A DNA stretch of 62,879 nt from Deltaproteobacteria bacterium (GCA_022340515.1 JAJDNT010000261.1:1-62879), one strand, 5' to 3'; shown: positions 26,382 to 35,309, numbered from the stretch's first letter. The notes: a model not told the origin generated them from the letters alone. Program-made: numbers and translations.

Positions 26382-27473
26382 ATGGATCGACGTATGTTTT
26401 TGAGAAAATTTTTAGATCTAGGTAAGAAGGCAGCCTTTCTTCACCTCCTCGCTGGTTGCACTAAGATCACGACTGGCGCTTCCCAGAGTGCAGAGAAACT
26501 CTCACCCTTCAACGATTACGGTCTGCGGGAACTGGCCCAAAAGAAACTTCATCATGGCAAGGAAAGATTCATCAACCCTTTTAGCACCAAAGAACACGGG
26601 AACATGTTGCGCGTTCTCCATTGGAAATTGTTCAGTGAGAATAAGTTCAAGTCATACTATGATGATGAAAGAGTAATTCCGGTTTCCATCCAGTGGGAGC
26701 CCATAAGAGATCACCGTAGTTTATCTGTCACCTTTGTCAAACATGCCAGCGTCATGATTAAGGATGAGGACCAGTACATCCTGGTAGATCCGATCTTCTC
26801 GGAAATCTTCCGCTTCATAAAAGATTTTACCCCCCTGGACTTTGATGGGGAGGAAATACCAAGGCCTGATCACGTCTTGATAAGTCATGGCCACTATGAT
26901 CATTTGGACACCAGTTCACTTGCTTCCCTGAGAGGGGATACCCATGTTGTCAGTCCCCTTGGCTACAATGACGTTTTTGCTGATATCAAAATGAGCAATC
27001 GCACCCAGCTTGACTGGTTTTCAACTTTTGAGGACGGTAGAAGGGAAATTACCCTACTTCCTTGCGACCACTGGACCATGCGCAACCCCATCGAGGGACC
27101 AAACACCTCCCTATGGGGTTCCTATCTATTGAAGACCGCCTCGGGGCCTACCATCTATATTTCAGCAGATACAGCCTACTTTGATCGCTTCCGAGAAATC
27201 GGTGAGGAGTACTCCATCGACCTGGCGATAATTAATCTCGGTGCCTACGAGCCCCGCTGGTTCATGGCAGGCAGTCACATAAACCCCAGGGAGACAGTTC
27301 AGGCTTTCAAAGAACTCGGAGCCGCCAGGTTGATGATCGTACATTGGGGCACTTTCCGCTTGGGTGACGAACCGGTTCACTTCCCACCGCTCGATATCAA
27401 GAGGGAGATGGAAAAGGAAGGCCTCTTGGATCGGTTGGTCTATTTAGAACACGGTGAGACCCTTTTTCTCTAG
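26382..27473 (+). CDS. Exported MBL-fold metallohydrolase
   Basis: Tat-like MDRRMFLRKF plus lipobox LLAGC. The HGHYDHLD metal motif is present. Confidence 0.75.
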   Translation: MDRRMFLRKFLDLGKKAAFLHLLAGCTKITTGASQSAEKLSPFNDYGLRELAQKKLHHGKERFINPFSTKEHGNMLRVLHWKLFSENKFKSYYDDERVIPVSIQWEPIRDHRSLSVTFVKHASVMIKDEDQYILVDPIFSEIFRFIKDFTPLDFDGEEIPRPDHVLISHGHYDHLDTSSLASLRGDTHVVSPLGYNDVFADIKMSNRTQLDWFSTFEDGRREITLLPCDHWTMRNPIEGPNTSLWGSYLLKTASGPTIYISADTAYFDRFREIGEEYSIDLAIINLGAYEPRWFMAGSHINPRETVQAFKELGAARLMIVHWGTFRLGDEPVHFPPLDIKREMEKEGLLDRLVYLEHGETLFL

Positions 27474-27636
27474 CCCGGATATTTCATCAATCCGCCCCCG
27501 GCGTACTCAGGGGCTTGCTCCCAAACCATTCCAGATCAGCATGTGGCAGGAGCCCACACCCGAGGATGGCAGAAAGAACGGTCAGATCAGTGGTCGCAGT
27601 CGCGCCAGGGCCTGAATTTTTGCAACATCCGGGCTA
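27471..27636. mobile_element. Degenerate copy (166 bp) of the foldback element family
   Basis: Shares TAGCCCGGATATTTCAT..., CACACCCGAGGA, GGTCGCAGT and ...ATCCGGGCTA with the 184-bp copies at 47778 and 59433. Confidence 0.6.
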
Positions 27637-27807
27637 GGAAGACCTCGTGAGCTTGTAAAGAGCGATGATGAAAAGTACGGCTGAAACGACAATTAAAATA
27701 TTCTGCAGTTGTGCTGTTTTAACCAGGGTCGAAAGGCCGTAACTGATCCCGGAAGCAGCCATTAAGCCCCAGAATTCCTTTGATTTTTTGCTCTCAAATA
27801 GCGCCAT
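27634..27807 (-). CDS. Possible 57-aa small membrane protein (below the ORF-track cutoff)
   Basis: ATG at 27807 (minus strand) and TAG at 27636-27634. MALFESKKSKEFWGL... with one C-terminal hydrophobic helix. There is no clear RBS. Confidence 0.25.
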   Translation of the reverse strand: MALFESKKSKEFWGLMAASGISYGLSTLVKTAQLQNILIVVSAVLFIIALYKLTRSS

Positions 27808-27908
27808 GGTGGGGTTGCATCTCCTTCTCGATGGTCTTGTTTTGTAAATGGAGGAGAATCACCATCCATTCCAGCAGGACAACAAAACTCCTCCCTGGCT
27901 GTATGGTT

Positions 27909-28529
27909 TTAAGGAAGCAGTTTGTTTTTCTTGAGGTCTTTTACCAGGGCGTCGATCACCGAGTCCATTAGGGCGGTGTCCGACTTGGGGTTTAGCGTTC
28001 TAGATCGGGCAGACCAAACCTTTTGTTCCGTCTTGGCGTCGTACAGATTTGTTTCCAAGCGAACCTTTACCTGGGTGGTGTAGAGTTTAGGTTCCGACCT
28101 GTATTCGTAGGCGGAGAACATATCTTGTGTGGATCCGCCGTGGTAGTCGTCCACGGGCTCGTAAGTTGCTGATGGGCTGGCCACCTCTTTTTCCTTGACT
28201 GCCACCAGGTAGGTTAAGAGGACACCATCGACTCCCGTTTTTTCAACTACAGCCAAGATGGTTTCTTTATCTATCTTCTCATCTGGTGCCATCACAGCGT
28301 AACTTTCCACCCCTTTCACTCCATTGGCCTCCAGCTTTGCCACGAACTTTTCCTCAAAAGAACGTCTAACCTCATTTTTGTCTGCAACTCCGATGACCAA
28401 AATATGGGAAAAGGGCCAACCACGATAGTATTTGTCTGCCCATGTATGGGTAATCTTGGTCGTTGTGCAGGAGATTAGCAATGGACTGGTTAACAGGGCA
28501 AGGGCAATACCTCGCAGAAAGAGCTTCAT
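27909..28529 (-). CDS. Lipoprotein (DUF4136-like)
   Basis: Start moved to MKLFLRG (28529), with GGAGG upstream. Lipobox LLISC. ATGA overlap with the upstream YkgJ-like gene. Confidence 0.65.
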   Translation of the reverse strand: MKLFLRGIALALLTSPLLISCTTTKITHTWADKYYRGWPFSHILVIGVADKNEVRRSFEEKFVAKLEANGVKGVESYAVMAPDEKIDKETILAVVEKTGVDGVLLTYLVAVKEKEVASPSATYEPVDDYHGGSTQDMFSAYEYRSEPKLYTTQVKVRLETNLYDAKTEQKVWSARSRTLNPKSDTALMDSVIDALVKDLKKNKLLP

Positions 28530-28867
28530 GAATAAACCTCCTCCCTTTGTTCTCCGGCCTCGATCTTTTTCTGTCCTCCTCGGCAAACCATACCCGGACC
28601 AGGGTATCCCCGGCAAACCCAGGGTCGAACAGGATAAATTTTACAAACAGCTTTCTCCCTGTCATATTTTAGGAAGGGACAGGGTGTTACGCCAGGGTCC
28701 ATATGTTCGATTTCGCCAGAATATACGTTGTCCTGGAAACCGTACAACTTAAGGAAGTCATCTAAGTGCATATTCAAGTGAGCCGCAACAAGATGAACAT
28801 CCAATTCCGACCACGGAATCCCTATCTCCCTGCAGCACTTACCACATCTCTGACAGCTGAAATCCAT
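28526..28867 (-). CDS. YkgJ-family (UPF0153) Cys-cluster protein
   Basis: N-terminal CQRCGKCC motif plus downstream Cys residues. Confidence 0.65.
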   Translation of the reverse strand: MDFSCQRCGKCCREIGIPWSELDVHLVAAHLNMHLDDFLKLYGFQDNVYSGEIEHMDPGVTPCPFLKYDREKAVCKIYPVRPWVCRGYPGPGMVCRGGQKKIEAGEQREEVYS

Positions 28868-28876
28868 TGAGCACCA

Positions 28877-29914
28877 TCACATCACCAGCGAAGCACGCAG
28901 TGCTTCCAACTCGGCTCTTTTCCACTTTTGCTGACGCAGGTAGTTGGGGTGCGGCTCGAAGGGGCGAATGCAATCTTCTAGTTGTTCCCCTAGAATCCTT
29001 ATTCGATCCAACGAACCCTGACCCAAGCCGCCTGCAATGGCGTGGTAGAGGTAGCCTACTTCCATGGGATCGAAACCCATAATTCGCGCCCCAATGCTAT
29101 CAGCAGCAATGAAATCAGTGGAAGCCACGGCAAGACGAAGGTCCACTGGCTTTCCCTGAGTGGGCCCCGGCCCTTCCATGGCGGTAAAACCGTCCAGAAT
29201 TGCCAGGTGAACGGGGTAAGCTTTGGCGATGAGAAAGAGATTGTAATTCAAGGTGGGGTAGGTCTGATGCATGGTCACCTTATCGCTTCGGAGGACATGT
29301 TTTACTACCCAATTCATGCCCCGGGGATAAAGGGCATCCTTCGGCCGGATCCAGTGGCTCAATCTGTGCGACAGCTTATCCAGGCTCGCTACACCCTGAG
29401 TAATCAAACTACCCATTACCAAGTTTTTTAACGACAAGGTTATGATGACCGCATCGTGGGTTTTCATCGGCGTTAGGGAGATGCGAAAATCACTTTCCGC
29501 CACGGTTTTGGCAAAGCGCAAAGTTATAGGCTGCAAGTCTCTATCTACGACCTTTGTCTCCACCCACTGGTCGCGGTTGAGGTCCACCAACCGCGCTCCG
29601 TAACGTTTGGCCACCTCGGCCAGTCCATATATCTGGAATCCTTTCATTGAATCGGCGTGGGCAGAGCCTTCAGCCACCACAATCTCTCCATCCGTGCGCT
29701 GGCGGATAAATTGCAACACCCCATCGAGGGCTTCGGCATGGGTCCCAGAGAGAGTCTTAGTTACAGATACCATATTGGGCTTCACTACAATGCGCTCTCC
29801 CAAACTGATCTGATCTTCTATGAGCTCGAGAGCTCTTAGGATATTCTGCCCACGCTCATCACCTTTCACTAAGGCAACATCCGACACTGTGTTAGCTCCT
29901 TCTGGATAAAGCAT
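28877..29914 (-). CDS. DUF362-domain protein
   Basis: VALVKGDE...IVVKPNMV N-terminal signature. The listed 30025 start is a TTG, so the ATG at 29914 is preferred. The start remains uncertain. Confidence 0.6.
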   Translation of the reverse strand: MLYPEGANTVSDVALVKGDERGQNILRALELIEDQISLGERIVVKPNMVSVTKTLSGTHAEALDGVLQFIRQRTDGEIVVAEGSAHADSMKGFQIYGLAEVAKRYGARLVDLNRDQWVETKVVDRDLQPITLRFAKTVAESDFRISLTPMKTHDAVIITLSLKNLVMGSLITQGVASLDKLSHRLSHWIRPKDALYPRGMNWVVKHVLRSDKVTMHQTYPTLNYNLFLIAKAYPVHLAILDGFTAMEGPGPTQGKPVDLRLAVASTDFIAADSIGARIMGFDPMEVGYLYHAIAGGLGQGSLDRIRILGEQLEDCIRPFEPHPNYLRQQKWKRAELEALRASLVM

Positions 29915-30066
29915 CCCATGGAAATACACTCTTATTCTATCCCTTCCTATCCTCCTTGGCCAGGCATTTAAAGGCCAGCAGGCAGCTTGCAGCAGACACC
30001 GGGCAGCAGTTGCAGAGATGATCAACTATTAGCCGTTCACCCCGTGGGCGGTCTAGGACAGGAGGT

Positions 30067-30145
30067 GCTCTGAGACAAATTGCATCTGAGCAACCGGTGT
30101 TTTGCTTTGGCAGACAGGAATGACTTTCATCTGCATCGGCGGCAG
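30067..30145. repeat. Copy of the conserved intergenic motif (GCTCTGAG ... CATCTGAGCAACCGGTG ... TCATCTGCATCGGCG)
   Basis: Aligns block for block, with the same 27-nt internal spacing, to 31130-31205. Confidence 0.65.
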
Positions 30146-30339
30146 CCTTGTTCCAGACCCATAAGCGGCATTCCAACTGATGCGAATATGCAGCTTTGTC
30201 GATGAGCACTTCCTGTCCATCTCAATTCTTTTAATACGGTATTCAAGCAAATTTCCGCAGCACCAAAATCTTAAACTTATTGACTAATTCGCAGCAAAAA
30301 ATACTAGTAACGACTTCTGCAGGTGCATGAACTGAGAGT

Positions 30340-30993
30340 TCATTTTGCCTTGGTTTTTTCTTCCTCGGCGATTACCATCTCACGCAGCTTGCTGTAGAGC
30401 TCATAAGCCGCCATCCCCCGAGGATGTCCCCGCGAGGCGAGAGAGTCCACCCTGAGAAGCTCCAAGAGGAAGGGAAACCGGGGGTCGGCAACAAACCGTT
30501 TGTGCCGTCGAGATGCCTGCTCTGGAGCTGTCAGGTTCCAAGATAGATGGAAGGTGTGGTGACGGATAGCCCAGACAATCAGCTCTCTCCGTTCTTGTTT
30601 CATTTGCACTCTTTTTAATATCCTCTCCCCTATGTCGGCACCCACGGTATGGTGGCCGTGAGCCGTAACTCTCTCACCTTCGTCTTTTGTGGTCAAAGGT
30701 TTGCCCACATCATGAAGTAGGGAGGCCCAGAGGAGATCGGAATCACAGTCAGGGGGACAGGCTTCCACGGCCAGCCTGGTGTGATTGGCCACATTGCCCT
30801 CGGCGTGGTACTTTACCGGCTGGGGAGTAGAGGCGAGATCGGCAAGTTCAGGGATTGCCTGAACCACCCTGTCCCACCAGCCAGCCTTGCGTTCCCGCAA
30901 ATCTGCCTCGATAGATTCAAATGATTTCATTGGGGCAAAGAAGAGACCTTGGCGGTTTTTTTTTACCAATTCATCATGAGACTCGTATAGCAT
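30340..30993 (-). CDS. HD-domain phosphohydrolase
   Basis: LLHDVGKP and HGHH motifs. There is no GYP motif. Confidence 0.7.
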   Translation of the reverse strand: MLYESHDELVKKNRQGLFFAPMKSFESIEADLRERKAGWWDRVVQAIPELADLASTPQPVKYHAEGNVANHTRLAVEACPPDCDSDLLWASLLHDVGKPLTTKDEGERVTAHGHHTVGADIGERILKRVQMKQERRELIVWAIRHHTFHLSWNLTAPEQASRRHKRFVADPRFPFLLELLRVDSLASRGHPRGMAAYELYSKLREMVIAEEEKTKAK

Positions 30994-31129
30994 CGCAGTT
31001 TACTTATGTGGATACCGGGAGTCAATTGAGTTAAGGAACAGGAGTTTCCCCAAGAATGTTTCCCACCTGACTGTGGATTCAGCCCATTATGACGCTATGG
31101 AAGATTTTGAAATGAAAAAGGCAAGGTAA

Positions 31130-31205
31130 GCTGCGAGGTAAACAGCATCGGAGCAACCGGTGCGAAGCCTCAGCTGCTTGGAAGGACCGTCATCTGCATC
31201 GGCGT
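31130..31205. repeat. Copy of the conserved intergenic motif (GCTGCGAG ... CATCGGAGCAACCGGTG ... TCATCTGCATCGGCG)
   Basis: See 30067-30145 and 5274-5345. Confidence 0.65.
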
Positions 31206-31370
31206 TAAGACAAACCAGTCGGGTCAAAACTAGATTATGAATGGCTGCGATCATGCCGGTTTACCGAGTAGCTCACCCTGGCTTAACCAGACATTCTCCA
31301 CAGCAGATGGCAAATCCAGAAGGACAAGATGCAGAAACTCGTGAGTTAAAGAAGTGTTACATCTCAGCAT

Positions 31371-32807
31371 CTAGTGGCTGGATCGTTTAAGGGAGAGGAC
31401 AAAATCATAGAACGTCCCAGTGGTAAGATAGATGACTTTTGTCTTTGGGCCAAAGGATATTTCGTCACCATCTGATAAGTTGTAGGTCACGTATGGGGTT
31501 ATGTTTGTGTCGTTGAGGAAGGTGCAGTTGGTGGATTTCAAATCCACCACATAGGCGCTGGTTTCAGAAAGAGGGAAATAAAGAAAGGCGTGTGATTTAG
31601 ATATCGTCTTGTTATACAGGACAATGTCGTTATGAGCCGCCCTACCGATGGTTACTACTCCTTCATCCACGTCAATTTTTTTCTTATTGATCTCGATAAC
31701 TCTAGCTTCGAGAAAATCTTTTATCATAGGGGCAGGCGGAAGCTGATTACGTGCCTCCGGAACATCTATTTCACTTGTACTGAATTGAAAAATTACATCG
31801 TGGTCGAAATCCAGCGGCAATCTCTCCACAAAGAAACCTCTTGGATAAGCCTCCGAAAACTCAGCAAATGACATCTTGTCCAAAAAGGCCAGGTAATGGG
31901 CTAGTTTCTTGTATCTAATTTTGCCGGCAACCTCTGTCTCTCCAACCCTTCGGAACTGCTTGAAACTTTTAATGAACTGTATGCCAACACCTTCATTTTC
32001 CTCATCCACCCTGGTTATTATCCCCGGTCCCACCATTTCCACGGTGGCATATTGCTCAGAGAAGACTGAGGGGAGAGATATTGCCACAGATACCTGGTCG
32101 TCTGGTTTGAAGGTTCTCCACTCTTTAGTCTTTATGAAGGTTCCCACCTGGCTGATATTTTCCGTGACCCCTTCTGTGAAAGAACCTCTTTGTCCTTTGG
32201 ACAGTTTAGCGGGAAAGGTGCCTGTACACCTCATGTACTCTCTGTTGTGTTTTATTTCCTTGATTTCTCTAGTGTGGGGGTCCTCAACAGCAAGATTTTC
32301 TTCATGTAATCCAGGATTACCTTTGATCCTTAATGACTTAATAAAGAATTCTGCCTCGTCATAGTTGCCTTGAGATTTGTGTAGGTCTGCCAAATTGCCC
32401 AAGATTTGAGATAGTTGGCCAGGCTCCTGCCCAAGGCCATATTTTTTGATAGCCAAGGCCCGTTCAAAAAACGATTCTGCCTGAGAGTACTTACGCTTCG
32501 AGAGATTGAGTAGCACCAGCTTGTTCAAATATTCAGCCGCGGCAGGAGATTCTGGCCAAAGCACATCGCCCTGGCGCTGAGACAAAGTGTGCTCGAAAAT
32601 GGCAGCTTCAGCCTCTTTGGCCTGGGAATAGCAAATTAAAGCCAAATTATTGAGAGATTCTGCTACATTAGGATGATCAGGACCAAATGCTTTCTCGGCG
32701 AACTCCAGAGTTTCATTGGCCTGTTTTTCCGCTATGGCGTACCAGCCTTGTTGATAGAATGCCACCACCCTTGCAGTTAGGGTATTCCATTTTTTGAGTA
32801 GTCTCAT
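31371..32807 (-). CDS. TPR - PilZ - FHA three-domain protein
   Basis: N-terminal TPR repeats. Central PilZ motifs REYMR (RxxxR) and ENISQVG (D/NxSxxG). C-terminal FHA (TIGRAAHNDIVL...SKSHA...DLKSTNCTFLN). Confidence 0.75.
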   Translation of the reverse strand: MRLLKKWNTLTARVVAFYQQGWYAIAEKQANETLEFAEKAFGPDHPNVAESLNNLALICYSQAKEAEAAIFEHTLSQRQGDVLWPESPAAAEYLNKLVLLNLSKRKYSQAESFFERALAIKKYGLGQEPGQLSQILGNLADLHKSQGNYDEAEFFIKSLRIKGNPGLHEENLAVEDPHTREIKEIKHNREYMRCTGTFPAKLSKGQRGSFTEGVTENISQVGTFIKTKEWRTFKPDDQVSVAISLPSVFSEQYATVEMVGPGIITRVDEENEGVGIQFIKSFKQFRRVGETEVAGKIRYKKLAHYLAFLDKMSFAEFSEAYPRGFFVERLPLDFDHDVIFQFSTSEIDVPEARNQLPPAPMIKDFLEARVIEINKKKIDVDEGVVTIGRAAHNDIVLYNKTISKSHAFLYFPLSETSAYVVDLKSTNCTFLNDTNITPYVTYNLSDGDEISFGPKTKVIYLTTGTFYDFVLSLKRSSH

Positions 32808-33091
32808 CTAACCAACCTGTCGCCTTTGTTGTTCCTCTATTGTTTCTCGCTACTCAACAGCAAGAAGAGTGCCAATACACCAAGTCGGTTCACAAATAGA
32901 AATAGCCACCTTTTTCCATATATAACTGCTAATTTTATGCCTCCTAAAACCCAATTTCGTATAATGAAAAACACTCAATAGGTATACAAAGAAGCACGCT
33001 AAAATTTAGATAATAGAAGGGTGTGCATTAAAGTTTACAGTTATTTGAGATCGAAAATAAGGGTGGTTGGGCAAGACAGGATTCTATTGGT

Positions 33092-33556
33092 TTATTGATT
33101 TGAAGAAAATAGGGTTTTGAAGAAAGGATGGCTGGAGCCTTGCTGAAACGTTTTGTGACTTAGTATTCCTTCAGAGTTAAAAAAAAGTGCGAGAGAATCA
33201 TAGCGCACCAAGGTGCCGTAGGCAGAAGCGTCGAAACTTGTTCTTATAAAACTACTCATAGGAATTGGAATTCCCACCTTGATGCGGTTTCTGTAAAGCA
33301 AGGCCCGCTCATAAACTAGCAGGTCCTCCAGTCCCACTTTGGCCACATTGTCTGGAGCCCCAAGTAAAGCCAGGACCTCGCTCAAGGTCGTTTCGCCAAC
33401 CTGCAACCGCCCATCATCGGGAAGGACTACTTCATCTCCTTCAACGTACCGAGCAATCTGATAGGTTATACAGCCGTTCAGGAAAAAGCCTGCACAGAGC
33501 AGGAAAAGTACAACAAAAATTTTAACGCGGCAGTCCATACTTTGCCTTCTCAGCAT
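33092..33556 (-). CDS. Lipoprotein with a BamE/SmpA-OmlA-like segment
   Basis: Lipobox FLNGC and LQVGETTLSEVLALLGAPDNV. Overlaps the upstream paralog. The start could be 33556 or 33538. Confidence 0.6.
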   Translation of the reverse strand: MLRRQSMDCRVKIFVVLFLLCAGFFLNGCITYQIARYVEGDEVVLPDDGRLQVGETTLSEVLALLGAPDNVAKVGLEDLLVYERALLYRNRIKVGIPIPMSSFIRTSFDASAYGTLVRYDSLALFFNSEGILSHKTFQQGSSHPFFKTLFSSNQ

Positions 33557-33902
33557 CTAGGCTCAGGCCATAGTGAGTCAAAGTGTCACTGAGATCAAAG
33601 AAAAAAACCAGTTGGTCGTGCTGCTTTTCAACATTTCCCAAGGTGACTAGAAGCAGCCAGCACACAGTGCCCTTGGTTACCGTTCGTTTGTAAACGTAAG
33701 CATTCCCGTTAGCTAGCTCTACCACCTCACTTGGGGCGCCAAATATCTCGGTTACTTCTGTCGCTTTTGTCTGCCCCGGAACAAGCTTGTCAAGCTCGGT
33801 GGAGTCGAAGGGCTGGAATTGCTTATTCTTTCCTAGAACGATACAGCCCGAGAGTAAGCTGGCAACTAGCAGAACAATCAAAATGTTAAGGGTTGGCCTC
33901 AT
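33522..33902 (-). CDS. Lipoprotein with a BamE/SmpA-OmlA-like segment
   Basis: Lipobox LLSGC and LVPGQTKATEVTEIFGAPSEV. ATGA overlap with the upstream PilZ gene. Confidence 0.65.
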   Translation of the reverse strand: MRPTLNILIVLLVASLLSGCIVLGKNKQFQPFDSTELDKLVPGQTKATEVTEIFGAPSEVVELANGNAYVYKRTVTKGTVCWLLLVTLGNVEKQHDQLVFFFDLSDTLTHYGLSLDAEKAKYGLPR

Positions 33903-34273
33903 AGGATCTTCTCCCGCAACGATTTACTGGCCTGATTTTCTTTCTTTTGCTCCGCAACAAAACCGCGGATGTATTGGCGAACAGCGCTTGATACTCGGGT
34001 GAAGCGAATACCCATGCCACATGGAGGCACATCTTTTTCTGCGCACAGCACCTGTAGCCAGGCCACTTCGGCACTGGCCCTCAATGGGCTGTGGTTGGGG
34101 GCTACAATATGAAGCTTGAACTTTTCCTTTGGCCTAAGGGGCTTGTCGCAGCGGATGAAGGCTCCATTGGTGCCGATATTTTCCATTTCTGCCACCATGC
34201 CGCCGGATGTATGCTGCACCACAGCGGGCCAATCAACCTCCACTCTGGCATAGCGTCTTCTTTCTCTTGCCAT
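33899..34273 (-). CDS. Stand-alone PilZ-domain protein
   Basis: RRRYAR (RxxxR) and ENIGTNG (a variant of D/NxSxxG), 124 aa. Confidence 0.7.
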   Translation of the reverse strand: MARERRRYARVEVDWPAVVQHTSGGMVAEMENIGTNGAFIRCDKPLRPKEKFKLHIVAPNHSPLRASAEVAWLQVLCAEKDVPPCGMGIRFTRVSSAVRQYIRGFVAEQKKENQASKSLREKIL

Positions 34274-34518
34274 AAGCCACCTCCTTCAGTTATGGAGGGT
34301 TTTTTTGCCCCAGTTTTTCCTAAAGGGCAATGGGATTGCCTTCTACCAGAGTAGGTGATGCTTGTCAAGCAAGCCCCAAATTTATGGTCGCCCACATCAT
34401 TTAAGAGGCTGTCCTAAAACCTTGTAATTCCTTTCCCTTTGACGCAGATTCCGAGCGACTCGACCTAACGGCTTCGAGTGACCAGACCTTCGGCCCGAGC
34501 CTTTCGACAGTGAGACCT

Positions 34519-34576
34519 GTCGACGAGCTCAAGTCGTGTCGCTCAGGTCGAATCGCTCAAGGCCGAACTGCTCACG
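34519..34576. repeat. Degenerate tandem repeat, period 14-15 bp (GTCGNNNNGCTCARG, 4 units)
   Basis: GTCGACGAGCTCAA / GTCGTGTCGCTCAG / GTCGAATCGCTCAAG / GCCGAACTGCTCACG, set within a longer TCGA/GCTC-rich tract (about 34440-34620). Confidence 0.6.
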
Positions 34577-34763
34577 CCCGAGGGCAGTCGAACTCCTCGC
34601 CGACAGCTCTTGTTGCAGGGATTAGGGAGAAGAACATAATCCTTAGATTAGACTCAGTCATAGGAACTGTTCCCTGTCATTTCTATGGTTGAGAAATAGT
34701 CCTAATTTTACTATATTCTCCTCTTGGTTTTAGCCGGCTCGCGATTTACCTAGGAACTGAAGA

Positions 34764-35243
34764 GTGACGCGTACTATTTGCAATAACTTACTATCACTGG
34801 CAGCAGTATGGCTGGTCTTGGCCACGGGCTGGGGGTGTGCCGCCTGCTTAAGCCCCGTTTGCCTTGGCCCGTCCGCTACTGTTGGCTCGAGTGCAGGCGA
34901 GGCTGGAATCTCACGCTACGATAACGGCAAGGTAAAAAGCTATGAGCTTGCTCACTACCAGGACGTGGTGGAGGCAACTCGCCGCGCCGGAGAAGCACTT
35001 TCACTTAAGCTTCAGAAAGAAACCTCAAATGCAGAGCAATCCACATTCTATTACATTGATGATAAAAACGAGAAAGTCAAGGTGACCATAGAACCTCTAA
35101 CGGATACTCTCACCCATATTGAGATTGACGTGGGGTTCTTTGGCTCCAAGGGCTTGGCTCTTGTGGTGATCAACCAGATCACTCACGAAATAGCTAGTGC
35201 AGGCAAGTACTTACAGGAATGGAAACACCTAAGACTTAGGTAA
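34764..35243 (+). CDS. Small lipoprotein (DUF3568-like)
   Basis: GTG start. Signal with Cys (GWGCAAC), and the C-terminal IEIDVGFFGSKG pattern. Confidence 0.55.
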   Translation: MTRTICNNLLSLAAVWLVLATGWGCAACLSPVCLGPSATVGSSAGEAGISRYDNGKVKSYELAHYQDVVEATRRAGEALSLKLQKETSNAEQSTFYYIDDKNEKVKVTIEPLTDTLTHIEIDVGFFGSKGLALVVINQITHEIASAGKYLQEWKHLRLR

Positions 35244-35309
35244 TCTAGAGGTTTATCCGGCTATGGTTTGCCTGCTCAGCCGGCCATAATTCTTCTTTTT
35301 CCACGCAAA

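Noticed and set aside
30083-30100. The conserved motif read as a sigma54 promoter on the minus strand (GG-N10-GC in CCGGTTGCTCAGATGCA).
   Set aside because: Only the GG/GC dinucleotide spacing fits. The -24 (TGGCAC) and -12 (TTGCA) contexts are poorly matched, and one copy has GT instead of GC.
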